A program made the translations under genes and the position numbers. Below are positions 1 to 14,959 of a DNA stretch of 64,000 nt, piece by piece. Numbering within the stretch: position 1 is the stretch's first letter; every line of letters begins with the position of its first letter. The DNA is from Rotaria socialis (lineage: Eukaryota), in NCBI GenBank assembly GCA_905331295.1, contig CAJNYD010000407.1:186001-250000 (forward strand), in the 5' to 3' direction. Below the pieces are notes generated by a model. That model was not told the DNA's origin and did not search any database. It worked only from the letters and a program-made list of their open reading frames with translations.

Positions 1-29
1 GTAAATTAATTTATTGAGATTTACTTTAG

Positions 30-809
30 AATTTATTTTCTTTTCATTCATGACATGTATTGCAATTTCATGTTTAATTATATATTATGGGCCCCGTTTA
101 GGTTCAAAATATGTTCATATATATGTGTTAATTTGTTCTCTTTTGGGTGCTTTTACTGTCACAGCATGTAAAGGCCTTGGTGCTGGTTTAAAAGAATTTT
201 TTGCTCATGAATATTCATATTCAATATGGTTAACAGTTGCATGTGCCACCATCATTATAGTTTGCATTCTTATACAAATGGTTTATCTTAATAGAGCATT
301 AGATATATTCGCAACACCGATTGTAACAACTGTTTATTATGTTTTATTTACAACCTGTGTACTGATTACATCAGGTATACTTTTTCATGAGTGGCGTTTA
401 TTAACGTTCGTTGATGTTATGGGATGTCTTGTTGGATTTTCTATAACAACATGTGGCTTAATTTTAATTAACTATTTAAAAACCAATGCACCCTCAAATG
501 AAATACAATCGAAAGATCGAATTGGTACGACAAATTCAAAAGTATCCTATTATCAATGTTTCTGTTCATTTTATTTTTCTTCATTTAGATAATTCTCTTT
601 TTTCAGATCTGCTCTCGGATTCTCAACTGTCGTTAACAGAATCGTCTGGTTCAACATCAATAGTTTCTGTCAAACAGCAACACTATGCACCAGTCAAAAC
701 TTACGCTAATCTTCGGTATAATGATAGTAATGTGTCATTCACAACGAACAATATAAATGAACAATGTCGACCATTGTTATTGGTAGATGAGTGTAATTTT
801 AATTTTTAG
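30..809 (+). CDS. NIPA2: NIPA-family magnesium transporter, 3' exons (gene starts left of window)
   Basis: Multi-TM peptide IYVLICSLLGAFTVTACKGLG...QMVYLNRALDIFATPIVTTVYYVLFTTCVLITSGILFHEW matches the NIPA1/2 C-terminal half. Exon ~30-524, phase-1 intron from 525 to 588 (or 606), last exon to stop at 809. Confidence 0.88.
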
Positions 810-3800
810 TAGACTTGTTATTATTGTTATCGCTACAATAAGCATTCCATGAAATAAAGTTTTTTTTTGTTGCTTTTTAATTAACGATATTTTTATGATC
901 TCATGATTGGATATTATTTATATTTGAAATCAATAATTTGATTTTCTTCCTTAAACTTTTCTTTGTTATGTTACATAATCATATATACACATATAGTTAT
1001 ATGCGTGTGTGTGCATACGCATATTTGACGATTACAATGCTGATGAATGACCTTTAGTTAGTATTAGCACAATCATCAGCATTGTCGTCGTCTGTAAAGG
1101 TTTATGCAAGTTGATGCATATTTTTTCTCTCATGCAAATCATGTGTTACTTTTTCTTTTTTTTCTTTCATCATTTCTTTTTTATAATAAATATACACATT
1201 CGTATAACAAAAATATTACCAATACGATTTTCTATTTTATGGTTTAATGTCCTATCGAATTGGACTCTCTATACTAGATTTCTATAGGGAGTCAAAAGAA
1301 TTTCTTTTTTTTTCCATTGCTTTCATTAATCGAATCAGTTGGGAATATATATATTTCTATGTGATCAATCAATGATCGATAAGGTAAGAGAGAAAAAAGC
1401 GCTATTTTTAGAACTTGGCCTTCTCATGGTAGTTAGCTATTGAAACTGTGAAAAAGAAACGCCGATAAGATTTTATGTGTGCATATGTCTAATTGAAGAA
1501 TAATAGAAACATCGATGTATGCATGCACTCGATTTTAGACGGGTTTAATGATGCACGCGTGGCATCACAATAAGCATTATGTCATCCTATCATACGTGCA
1601 TCTCCATAAGTTCTAAACAGTCGCGATTGTCGTTGAATTCATGGGTTTTATTTATATGTTGAAATTTTCATTGAACTTTTGATGACATAAAGGAAATGTC
1701 GTTAGTACAAATAATCATTTCATTTCAATTCAATGACACTGTTTTCAATTAGAGAATAGCTATTCAAACTATGAAAGATATATACACATATGGTACTCAT
1801 CTTTTTTTTCTTTATAGTAATGACATACATTTTCTAGAAAAAAAAGTTAGAACAATGAAGAAAAAAAGCTATAAAGAATAATGTCATTGCCAAACTCCAT
1901 TTGACTGAGCAAGTAACTGTAAGTTGAAGGTTAATATGATATAACGCCTTTCTTCATATGTAGATATGAAAATAAACAAGGCCAGCAACTACTGCGACCT
2001 CCGGCCAACAGAAAAAGACAGGTGGAGTTATGTGTATACAAGTTATGCAATAGGATTCTACAGATAATTGCTCGACAAAAAAACGATCGATGTCGATCAA
2101 TCATCATGAGTATTATTACGCTTTAAGCATAATAGAACAGTAACAGCCTTGGTGTGAATATTAAGCGCATCATTTTTCTTTATTTTACATAGTCTTCTAT
2201 CATATGGACAGCATATTTGTATGAATTTTTATCAACAATAACAAAGCAATAAAAATTGCCTGTTCCCAATGATTACGCGAACATATATGAAATTAAGAAT
2301 GCTAATTTATCAAGGATAATATAGAGTTGATTGAATGCAAAAGTATTATAAATACAGAATAAATGAAAGCTTGTATCTCGAATTATTTGTTCTTCTGAAT
2401 GATTGTCGCTTGAAAATAGTTTTTCTATTTTTTATTAATTTGTTGAAAGGCTTTATTTTGAGTTCTTTCTAATTATCTTGTCAATCAATCATAGTTCGGT
2501 CAAGGTCTTCACATTAAAATAATATAAGTAGAAACAACAACATTAGTAATTAACGGTGTTTTGAATGTTTTATCGTGTCTCATTTTCTTTATTCACCATG
2601 GATATTTTAAACTTCAACTTTCATCTCATCAAATCTATAAAGGCGACCATCAAACATTGACACATCTATTGCATCGTTGTCAACATCATTGTGAAAGGTC
2701 TCGTTTGGTTGATTAACTTTACTTTATTGTATTGTTAGGTGGGTGGTGATAGTCTACACCCTACTGTTCAAACATTCCTTTCAGCCAACAGTAGTCACCA
2801 CCAAAAAAAAATTGTAGTAACAATGAAGAAGAACATTGATGCAACTGTGTTGATCCTCTACTTCTTTTTCTCCTCTTGTGCTCGTTCTCTTTGTCTCTCT
2901 TTTTTTCTCTGAACCTCATCGTATAGAATATATCGTGTTTGCTATCTATCGCGAAATGATGTACCATCTTTTTCTCATCGTTCAAGCGTCGAATAAATGT
3001 ACGCAAGGTTAAGTATGAATGTAAGAAAGAGAAGGAGCAAAATAGATTGACTCTCTTGGATACATGTACAGACGGTCAGGATGTTGACTATTTTTGGAAC
3101 CGTAAGTGTCTTTTGTTATGCATAAGTATAAGATATAGGTTTACTCCAGAAGAAAACCACATATTGCATCGCACAACGAGCATAAATTAATATTTGTTCG
3201 CATTACTATCATCACTATCATTCTGTTCTAAAAGCATTGATTACCAAGTCTTTTGGAGATAACAAATATATAACACATGTATCTAGCAGCACATTAATAC
3301 AATCATCATGTGGCTCAACTAAGAAAAATATTGTTGAAAATGCAAAAATATTCTTCATGATCTATTCATTTTAAATAATTTCAAATTACGATTGATGATG
3401 GCAGTAGCATCAAAAAGAATTTCTTCCTTTTTCTTTCTTCTTTACTTGACTATGTCGTGTAGGCTTCTGGTTACATGCCCCGTAATCAAAAGATTTTTGA
3501 TGAATCTCTTTTTTTTCATTTTACTTCTTTGCTCATGCACAGATGAGATGTGATGTGTAATTGATACCTCGAATTTCGCAACATATAGTAAACAAAGTAG
3601 TTTATGCTATTATTTGATATGAAGCCAGAATCCGTTCGCTCTCTTTGCTCGCACACGAAAAAGGACAATATCATAGAAGCCTTAAACAATCAAAAGAATG
3701 TTGTTCTGAAAGTGAACAGCACACATACTTACGCCAATATGGAGAGAAGATTATGACATCAGAGCGAGCGTTATGTGAGTACAGCCAGATGGTTTGCACT

Positions 3801-4082
3801 TGAGCTAACTTTTTGATGAAATTTGCACATTCGCATGTAGTGCCCTGAGTTTCGATTAAGAATGTATGTGCTAATGCGACTCTTGAGAATGAATTAAACG
3901 ATAGTTGTGTCAAAATATTCATACTAACTCAGAGACCAAAAACATTCTTTTTCTTTTTTTTTAATATTCTGTGCAATCTTACACTTGACGTACCATTATT
4001 CACCGTCGGCTATTTATCTTTGAAGATTAGAAGAACAAGATGAGATTTTTTACGTTCGAGAATTGAAAGATTAATCATTTTG

Positions 4083-4084
<2 letters not shown>

Positions 4085-4123
<39 letters not shown>

Positions 4124-4137
4124 GGTGTGGGTGTGTG
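4085..4137. repeat. (TA)n microsatellite followed by a GT/TGTGGG tract
   Basis: Directly visible: atatatat... then gtgtgtgggtgtgggtgtgtg. Confidence 0.9.
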
Positions 4138-7100
4138 CAGATTGTATATCGTACGAGCGAATGATGCAAAAAATAAATTATTCATCAAAGAAAAAAGGAG
4201 AACTTCTTTTAAAACAAATTGAAATATCTTTCTGTACGATCAGCGTCGAATAACTATTCTCCTTGACCTGACTATTGATTCCATCTTTTCTAGAGATCAA
4301 TGTCTTCTCTGTTCTTATAGCTTTATATCAGTTATACGGAGTAAGAAAATGAGAAGAATAATGATGACAACATCTTGCCTTTTTCTTTCCTTCTTTCTCT
4401 CTTTCTATTCATGTTTAGTGACTATTAGGCAATTTTCTTTTCTTGTTTTGTTATTCCGTTACTATACGATCCCACGTTCATTTATCATCATATCATGTTC
4501 TTAATATTGATGATCTCTATCGAAGATTAATTAGTAACTGACCGCACGTACTCACACGCACACGACAATTGAACATGCGATCGTTGATGGAAGAACGATA
4601 GATTATCAATCATTACGATCGATTTTTGATTTGGGAAGCTGTCCAATATTCATGTTCTCTTCCTGCTGTTTTTTTGTCGATCGGAACGAGAAAAAAAGAC
4701 TCAACTAACAGAGAAGAAGAAAAAGGCCGATTTTTTACGCAATAACAGTTACTTCCTCTTTTTCTGTTTCCTTATATTCTTTTCTTTTTAGTCTCTTACA
4801 CTATGTTCGTCGGCTAGCTTGCATGCTTAAATCATGATTGAAGTCTTGCACGCGTACAGCGAAATTCAATCCATACAGCCTAGTGAGTGTATCCAGAAAA
4901 GAGGGTAGCGTCTATTTCCGCGTATGTTGATTTTCTTTTTTTCCCTCTCGTTTCCTAATACATAACAGTCTATGTGTAAGAACATGGAATCCAGAAGGGG
5001 AATAGAGAAAAAATAACAATACTTGGGTTTATGATAAAATTTGATCTTAACAAATATAAATAGTTAATGATGCTGAAATTAGCCTTCGGAACTAGCCTCT
5101 TTTATTTCTCACACGGCAAACACATTTTTCCAGTCAATATGCACTTCTGTATTTTTTTTTCTTCTTCTTCTTCTTCTTCTTTTTAATCCTTGTTCGGAGT
5201 GCACTACATCGTGCAGCATGTTATCTTTATCGATCAATAGTCCTTCGAACAAGTCTCGAATGCTTGCATAAAAAAAACATTTGCATCACAGATGTGCCTG
5301 GAGTAGAGATCGACAAAAAGGAAGGTAATCAAGAAAAAGGAAGGCAATCAAGAAAAATACTGGCAAAAGAGTAAAAAGAATTTCAAGCGACAAAAAAAAA
5401 TACTGCAAAAGAAAAAGTAGACTAGAAGAGAGCACAACAGAATTTTTTTGTTCTTTTACAAAGAAATACACTTTTCTTTTAGAAAAGCGAGCGGAGACTA
5501 GTATTCTCTTGGAATGATTAGCTTTACTCTTCTATTTGGAGAAATTTACTTTGCATGTCATTTTTATCAAATGGAATTTTTTCTTTTTTTTTTTATTATA
5601 AAACTTCAAAAGAACGTGAGTAGAATAACACAGTAAGAGCAAAATAATCGTTTTTTCTATATCGTACTTAGCGTCGTATACACCTAATTTTCCGCTCATT
5701 TTAAAATGAAATTTTGTTACAACCGATGTCGTTATTTACATGCGGAGACGCACTAAATGCTGCTAATAGATGAAATAAATCGCTAAAGCCTTTTCGTCTT
5801 CTTTTTCTTCTTCTTTTTTCTGACTATCTTGTGTGAATGTCTCTTTGGGTAATCCAAAGGAAATGATGACTTATTTGTATGCATATTAGAAGCAGAGGCC
5901 GAAAAAATGAGAACGACTAACCATCATCGTCATGTACTCATAAATTGATTTTCTTGCACTCTTTTTTCGTTGCTCTCCAAGGACAATTACGAGAGTATAC
6001 ACGAAAGTCGTTTGGTTTGCTTTTTTACCCTCTGCTCATACAGCCTGCTTGTAAGTGCCCTTAACCTTGAATACGGTGCATAGTAAGTGATTTCAATTTT
6101 GTCTATGACTTTATAAGGTCACAACCTTAGAAGTTTCATAGAAACACATTTTTTCATAGAATATATTGTTTTATGTGAAATCAAAATGGAGGCAAATAGC
6201 CAATGATTTATCATCATCTCGAGTAAGTTTTCAATGTGAGCACGCTCTGTCGATATCCATAATAGAGTAAGGTAAAGTTTAATCAGAATTATTATGTAAG
6301 AAAATCAATGTAATAATATCAGAGTACTGGATATATAAAATATCTATTTTTAGCGATCAACACATAAGTATAATTTATATAAGAGTTTTGATACACCAAG
6401 AAAAAAATAAATTAGCTCTTTCAAGGACGTTGACAAATGTATTTCTCACCGACTGTCATAGAGTTATATCAATATTTAACAATTTCGATGTGTGCCTCAC
6501 TTTATCAAAGGCTCCCAAGTAGTCAGATTCTTTTTTTTTTATTCACGTCAGTTTGACAATTATAGAAAGTAATTGTTACTATTGTCCTTCAGCCATCATA
6601 AAAAGTAATGGCCTCCTTTATTTCTCTGTTTCTTTCATAATGAACACGAAACGAATAGGTTTTTTTCTCTAAATTGATTAGAAAATATTGATGTATGAAG
6701 ATGTTCAGAAAAAAAAGAGAAGTTTTTTTTTGTGATATTATAATAAGAGGGAGGAAATAGCAGCGAGACGGAACGTGCTTGTTTATCAATAGGCACTGGA
6801 GATGAATAAGGGTGGGAGAGCATACACATCCTATTGTTTCTTATTGCATCATGATGAAGACTTTTGCTTTAATAACAGATAATGGTAAGTAAGAAAATTG
6901 GATTTCCGCTTATGTTAGTGACGATATTAACAGGAGAGAGAAACTCATGTTTGTCATTTTTTTTCTTCGTTGCCGTCGTATTCTTTCACTCTCTATGTTT
7001 CCCGCCGTCATCATTTGATTTATCGATCATATTACATTTTTATGTGTATGTGATGAATGCATTTGAGATAGGTTAAACAAGAGAAGGCTATTGTTATTAG

Positions 7101-9371
7101 ATCCACATAGGAGATGAATAAGAACTATAAAATATTGTATAAGGTTGATTGGCTTCATTATCTATTGTGTCTGGAAGGCATATTTGAGTTTAAATCCCTT
7201 GATAAACATATTTTGCATGGAACTATGTAGTAGAGCACTAAAGAAAAAAAAGTGAAGTCCCTTATCTTATTTGATTCTTTGACATTTCGTTATAGACGTT
7301 TCTAAGTAGTTTTTACTAATTGAACTACCACCATCTCATATTACTCATGAGAAAAGTCTATGCATATGTGGATTTATATATATATAATAAAATCGAAGAA
7401 CAGCAAACATATATCATATTAGATATATACATATGATAATATATTCTCCAGGCAATTTCTCTTGTGTAATAGTTTTATGATCGATCATAGACAAAAAAAA
7501 CACAGAAGAAAAAGTAATCTATAATATTAAATTTACTTTTTATTTTGTTATAATTATAATATTACTAAGACTAAATAACCAGAATCTTTAATCTCCTTGT
7601 TCGTCTCTCCGTTTCTATCTGTTTTCTTATACATATATTTTCTTTGAAGCATCAAGATAAGAGCCAGACTTCGTTACAAAAAATGGCAACAATAGTAATC
7701 ACCTAAAGATATAGTATATTTACATGAGGTGAATGGATCATCGCTTTCCATCATCGGTAGTAAAATGGACGCGTCGATCGGCTGCCAACATGAACACCGA
7801 TGTTATTGGTAAAGGTCATTTTCTTTGCTTATATTCTTTGTTTCTCTTCCTCTCTGTTGTGTTCTGACCCTCTCTCATTCATGATAAAAAATAATACGAG
7901 GGAAAGATTCCACCCTTTTCAAACATTGGCATAGTACACATCTATGAGTGCTGATAAGCCATCCTTCTGGCCACTATTGTGCATGCATTGGTGTTAAAGA
8001 ACATTGACGTGTCTCATTTATACATGCACTTATATATATACTTGAATGCCTGTGCGTATGTGTGTATCTTGAGACCGAAGTTCTGTATAAAAGAGCTGCA
8101 GCTGACGCATATTTCCTCATCGTTATTGCGTTTTTTTCTTCTTTTCTTGCTTACAGATTCGAGGACACACATATTCAATCGACAAGCACGTATTTTGAAG
8201 GCTCTATTTCTCCATCTGCTCGCTTTTGCTTCAGTTATATTGAAGCAAATAAAGGTAATTAATATTTTGAATACCATTGGTTATATGTGAGCTTATCGAC
8301 AAATGATTTACCTTCATTGTGCACACAATACATAGGATTCATAAAAATGGTTTCTCGTAGAAGTATCAACATGAGATTAAATAGTATCATTCGTATATAT
8401 TGCATGCAATGAGATCTTTAATCTAATTGGTAACTCGTTACTATGATTATAAAGTATTAATTTACTACTCTAGTTTTGTTATAACTTTAAGAATTCATTG
8501 TCATATTTTTATAACTCGTTAAGAATAAGCATGCAGCGTGATCAATAAGTTTTTCTATTCGTCAGATTTTAGAGGCTTCTCTTTGCCAATTAATTTTGTT
8601 GAAAAACGTTTTTAGCTATTAGAGACAATTAGCTGAAAAATATCAAAAATTATTCTCGGTTTAACGCTGATATTTGTCAGATTTTGCTAATTTTGGTACC
8701 CCCATTTTTATAATATACCTTCGAAATTTACAAAGTCTGTCAGATGACAAAATTTTTCACCACTTTGAATACTATTTTTTGACTACTGATAGAAATATTT
8801 CATTAGATTTTTATAAAAAATGATGACAATTTTCGTAATTCTATAGTCAAGAATCATTCTAAAGAATTACCAGTTGGATCATAAATCATGTAGAGAGCAA
8901 TTTTTCTTGTGTCAGCACTTATTGTTAATAATTTTTTCTTTTATGCCGGTGTCTTTATCGAAATAACAGCTTTACTTTCTTGGTAGATTGATCATTCAAG
9001 GAATCTACAAAAAAAATATATTTATATATAGAGAGATAAGCCTAGAGAAACAAAGCGGTATTAATAAAATATTTTACGACTAATTTAACCTCGAGAAGAC
9101 GCGAATACAAGTTTTTTTTTTGTTCTAGCTTTTATTTGACAATTAGAAAATCCAAGTTAATAATTCATTGTTGATAGATAGACTACAAAATAACTTAAAC
9201 TAACCGTCAACTCACATTCATGTAAATTGATGATGTAGAAGAAAAAAACAATCTATCTTTGTAGTATTGCGATGTCTTGTTTAACCTACAAAAGATTGAT
9301 ATTCTCTTGCGGTTTAATATGATACTAGCACGTTCTTCGTTTGTTTTTTTGATTTATTTTGTCCTTCGTTG

Positions 9372-9381
9372 TCTCTCTCTT

Positions 9382-9420
<39 letters not shown>
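9372..9420. repeat. (CT)n microsatellite
   Basis: Directly visible, with interruptions. Confidence 0.9.
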
Positions 9421-9424
<4 letters not shown>

Positions 9425-10944
9425 TCGTGGTGATGATGAGTCTAGATGAGAGCTAGACGAGAGAATATCACAGACAACCCGCGCAATGGCATCAATATTA
9501 ACACATAAAATGCCTAATCGACATTCGTCTCTGTTTGGACGTCAAACTGAATAATAGGCTAATAAAAAAAGAATTGCGAGTCGAGAGAAAGAAAAAGAAC
9601 AGAGCCGTTCTCTTTCTACAATTTTTTTCTTAGTCTATATGTTAGCTTGTAATCACTGTAGAACACCGACACTACCATTAATACCACAACGATCGTAACC
9701 ATCATCAACGAAGAAGTTGATGCAGCGGCGGCAGTAACGACCGCAGCACCTTTCATTTTTCTTCATCTCTATTTCTTCTTCTCTTTTCCTTCTCAACTAG
9801 ATGTCCATTATGTAAAATACACACATTTATAATGATAGTAGAGCAAACAGCAGAGAATACGAGACATAAGAAGAAAGTATCTATCTATTTTAAACACTGC
9901 GACTTTGTTTACAATAGTCGATGAAGACAAAGACAAAGACAAAGACAAGATTGAGTTGACAAGAAACAAATGTTCTGTTTCTCTTTCGTTACCTTTACCC
10001 TTCTGTACTTTTACAACACTTTACGTTTGAATTTTCGATTTTCTTTTTTTTTCCTTTTAACTATTCCATTCGTCAACATCATCTCTGCCGATGGGCAAGC
10101 AAACTAATTGAACGTATGCAGGAAGGACAAGTGCAGCCCTGTCGCTCCCACATTTTGAACTGCTCGCGTTCTTTCTCTCTTTATTCATTCACTATGATCA
10201 ACGATTGCTTCATATATTCTCTGTATTTTATTGTGTGTCTGTATGGTGTACGTCAAATGTTACTCTCACAGTATGTTCTAGGTGTGTGATCTGTCTGAGT
10301 ATGCCGACGCTGATATCCTGCCAACTAAGAATAATAATCGACTCGCCATTTATCCGCTCAAATATGACTAATATCGGCGTACCAAGAAATGAGCAACATC
10401 GAAAGAGAGAGATGGATTCATTGATAGATGATTACCAAAGTAATTTAGACGAAGAAAAAAAAAAGAAGAGAGAAGAGAATGGCAGACAGACTTCTTTTAT
10501 AAATATACGTCCATATATTTCTTCTTATATTTTCCAGGCTCATAGATTTTACGATCAATGCATAATAAGATGCTGATAAACTTATATTAATAATTATACA
10601 CTTTTTTCCTCTTTCAGATTACTTCTCTAGCATTTTTTTGTTTCAATGCATCAACTGTTCTATTAGACAAAGATAGTATGTTTTATTTTAGATTAATAAA
10701 TGATTGATCTTATCTTTTTATTACCATAGATTTGGTTTATTAGTCGGTCTAAAGATCGACATTCTCATTTATTCTATTAGTTCAATTGCATATTTGTGCA
10801 GATATATATTTGATTACTTCCTCTATCCACCTCGTTCGTAGTCAACACGTTCCCAGGTAATGAGTTTTTTTCGCTTCAAATTTGAATAGACCAACAAAAG
10901 GCTCTTTTATTTTCTTTTTATTCAAAAATAGAACTAGCAATACA

Positions 10945-13427
10945 ATGCTGCGTACAGTCTTTTTATCTTTAATATTATTTGTGTCATTATCATCAACATC
11001 ATTACTTCGAAAATCAATTGTACGTCGACAAAATGAACCCGAAACTTGTCACGCTATAGAAGGTTTCGATTGTAAATGTACATATTACCGTGTAACATGT
11101 ACAAGTGATCGTGATTTACCATCGTCAATTAAAGTGTTACAAGATGAACAACAAAAATATCAATCTGTCGAATTAGTTATTAACGGTGAACGTGCGCAAA
11201 CTGTTCATGACTATACATTTGAACCGGTCAAACAATTATATAAACCTGCCGCGGATAATTTAGAATTTCGTATTAAATTTGAAAAATTTTCCGAACTTCA
11301 TTTGTCATCACCAAGTATATTCAATAAAGTATTTCCAGATAATCTACCATCAACAGTTCGAAAAATAATGGTAAATAAAATGAAAATAGAAGAATATTGT
11401 TTTTACAACAAAAATAACACATATTTGTTTTTCTTCTTCATCTAACTAGGCATTAGAAGTCTATAATCCACTTGTTCAACCAAATGATAATGCACATTTA
11501 TTTGCTAATTTAAATGTTGATTCATTAGAATTATATGTTTTATATCCGTTTCGTGGAACATTTCAACAGTTGTTTAATGGTGCCGACATTAAATTTTTAC
11601 GTTTAAGTGGAGGCGACATACGTTCAGATGTATCGCAACCATTCACAGGAAATATTGGACGTTTAGAATTAGCTAAACAAGCTTCACAATTATCAGTTCA
11701 AAATTTTCCTGCTTATCCAGCGCATGAATTAATTATCAATGCGTTTTATGTCACCGATTTTACTAGTGAACATCCACCAAATTATTCGAATTTGGGTGAA
11801 GTACGCATCTACAGTCAAGAACGTATACCAGCCAATGCTTTCCGAAACTATCCAAATTTACATACTTTATCAATTACAACTGATCAAGAAATTGATCCGC
11901 ATGCTTTAGACGGTTTACATAATTTAGAAAAATTAACAATTAAAGATGCAAAGCCATCATTAGAACTTTTAAATAATCTACCTAATGTTAAAGAATTTGA
12001 AACAAACGTAGACAAACTTAACGAAGGAGAACAATGTGACTTAGTTGGCAAATTAGCAAATGGACAAGTAGCTGTACAAGGTAAAACTCAATCTAACAAA
12101 ACAAACAAACAAATATTTCCTTTTCCTTTTTCTAGCTATTCCTAATGGATATACATGTACATGTGTATCAGCTTATTTGGATACTGCATCTGGTCGATAT
12201 CCATGTGATGCACAGAATTGCGAACAATCTTCATGTGCAGCAATTAGAGATAATTTTGATGCAGCAACACGTACATTTAAAACGCCATCGCCCATAAAAC
12301 GTTTAGATGGTAGCGATGCTTTACGGCCACGTGAACCAAAGGTATACACTGCACCATTTCAAGTAGCAAGTCAAGATCAAGAAAAATTTCGACAAGGTTC
12401 ACCACAACACGCACAGCCATCATCTGACCAAGAAAGTGAAACAGCACAAGAATCAGCTGATAAGTCTCAAGACGGAATGCCACCTGCTCATCCAACAGTT
12501 ACGGCAGGTACCGATCAAGGTCAAGATGGTGATGAAGACGATAATTTTCAAAAAGACCAAAATCCTCATCATCCAGGTAAGATAAACAATGACAGTTTCT
12601 GTAGAACTGAATCGTAAGCTATGGCTTTTTACTAAAAGAAATAACAGAACATAGATTCTTCATAGATATGTACGTAGAATTGTTGTTTCATGATGATACA
12701 CTTATAGATAAACACTGATTAGTACTTAATAGAATGAAAGACAGCATTTACAGCAATTATAATGCTTACATTTACGTTATAGTTGATAGTCATAAGATTT
12801 ATTTTGAAAGAAACTTCTAATAAAATAAAAAAAAGATTCATTAATGTTCGAGAATTATCAATAATATTTGGATTTTTCATGTTTATTACATAAACACAAA
12901 GATATTTATGAAATTATATAGATATCAATATTTAAGTATAATTATATATATATATATATTGTAATATTCTAGATTCGGCTTCACAAACCGGAGAAACAAA
13001 CCAAGAAGAAGATGGTGAATCAGAAAAAGGCGTCACAGGTGGTGACAATCAACATGGTGGACATGGACCTCATAAAGAAGGTGATGGAACTCATAGAGAA
13101 GGTGATGGAACCCATAGAGAAGGTGATGGAACTCATAAAGAAGGTGATGGAAATGAAGCTTCTAAAGATGGAGAAGGAGGTCAAGAACATGGTTCACACT
13201 CAGATTCAGATCAATCCGCAGATGCAGCTGCCACTGCTGATGATACTAATACTCAACCCACTAAGAAAGGATTTAGTTGGTTACCGATAATAATCATCGT
13301 CGCAGCAATCGTTGCACTTCTTCTCATCGGTTTGATTATCTTAATTATACGAAAACGACGTAGCGGTGCAGGATATAACCCAACACCTACTTCAGAGCAT
13401 GCCGGAGGTACAACAGCCAAAGCATAA
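10945..13427 (+). CDS. Single-pass type I membrane protein with signal peptide, Cys-capped LRR-like ectodomain and acidic repeat stalk
   Basis: Exons 10945-11370, 11450-12080, 12136-12576, 12973-13427. Signal peptide MLRTVFLSLILFVSLSSTS; N-cap CHAIEGFDCKCTYYRVTC; LRR-like IPANAFRNYPNLHTLSI...ALDGLHNLEKLTI; C-cap-like CTCVSAY; TM WLPIIIIVAAIVALLLIGLIILII then RKRR and a short tail. Confidence 0.8.
13071..13154 (+). repeat. Coding minisatellite, 4 x 21 bp (H-K/R-E-G-D-G-T/N)
   Basis: cataaagaaggtgatggaact / catagagaaggtgatggaacc / catagagaaggtgatggaact / cataaagaaggtgatggaaat. Confidence 0.95.
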
Positions 13428-14959
13428 AAGTGTTTTAGTTTCGTTGGTCAAAAAAGAATAATTGTCGTTTTGTTTTGTACGTCGTTTTGCTTTATCTCTT
13501 TTTCTCGTCGGTGTTTCTCCGCACTCTAAGCAAGAGCAAGTATTACTATTCTTACTAATTCTTATTCATATTATAATTATCCATATAAAAATTTGAGTAC
13601 TATATGAAAACGATCCTTTTCCCTCTTAGTTTAGTATATTAAAACAAAACAAAAAAAGAAACAATGATTAAGTGATTTTGTTATGCGCGTGTGCTCTTTT
13701 TATTTCTCTTGTTTTTAACCCATCATGTTTATTCTTATTCAAAGATTCAAGTTTTCCTGCTAATATTTCTTTAATTATTTTAAGTGATGAATTTTTTGTG
13801 CTTTTTTCGTGTTTATATTTCATGTTTCCTATGCTCTCGCTTTGCGTTAGTTAAAACACAAACTTATTTCTCAATTTTGATCATTCACATACATCAAGTA
13901 TTTTGTTGTCGTCGTTATTGCTTCTTTTAAATCCCTTTTATTTTTCCTTTTCTTATCAACAATAATAACTATATGATCAAGAAAAAAAGGATAAAAACAT
14001 ATTATCAATGTACTCGTATATGATGTGTGCAAAGGCGTTCACTTCCTATAATTTGCTTTTTTTGCATTGTTTCATTTCCCCTTTTTTCTTCGTTTATTCC
14101 TGCGTTTTAATTTTCAAGTGGTTTGGTATTTTTCTAGCAAGTTTTACGTTTGTCGCTTCTCTCTTTTTTTGCTGTTTAATTCAATTCACATGCACACACA
14201 AACATCATTTTTTTTATCTTGATGAATTGAAAATTGTTACAAAAGCGACAACACAAAAAAACAAATTATAATCTTTCCTTAAATTACGCTGAGAAATTAG
14301 TCTATGACAAAATGCTAGATAAGGTTTCATTTGACGTCAATATTGATGTAATCAGACAAATAGAATGCCACAAGTATTCGTTGATCAAAGAATGAAAAAT
14401 TCGAAATCATAAAAATTTGTTTTTAGATTTGTTCTAACAATAATATGTGCTGAAGTAATGACTTATAAAGACAAAATTCATAATTATTTGATCAGGAGGA
14501 AGTCTTTGAATTTTATGTTTTTTTAAGTATAACCGATTACTTGATATTGTTAAGTTAGAAAGGAATGACGATACACATGCACATAATGAGTTTGATATAC
14601 AGAAAAATAAAAAATAACACTCAATTAATACCATGCACGACATGTAAAACACAACATAGATATTCAACAAACATTCACATGAAAACACAAGACAAATAAA
14701 TTTTTAAATAAAAACATCAATATTTAATTTATTCTGTTACAACATACATCTTTGATTTCTTTTCGTTATTTCTTTTTTTGATATTTATGTTAACTACAGC
14801 AATGAAATGGTGATACACATAAAAACGTTGAAAATTATTTTTGGACGGCCACAGATAAAAATAAATAAAATAATATTTGATATATTTTGTATGTATCTAT
14901 ATATATATATATATGTGTGTCAATAATAAACGAATATATTTGTTTTCTTTTGAGGGAGT

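Noticed and set aside
5314..5356. Two-copy 19-bp tandem repeat aaaaaggaaggYaatcaag
   Set aside because: Simple local duplication with no coding or structural context.
7979..8290. Cluster of overlapping short ORFs
   Set aside because: No domain, splice structure or coding-like composition; treated as chance ORFs.
13012..13290. ORF-track peptide with KKVMELIE repeats
   Set aside because: Alternative frame of the real last exon of the LRR membrane protein.
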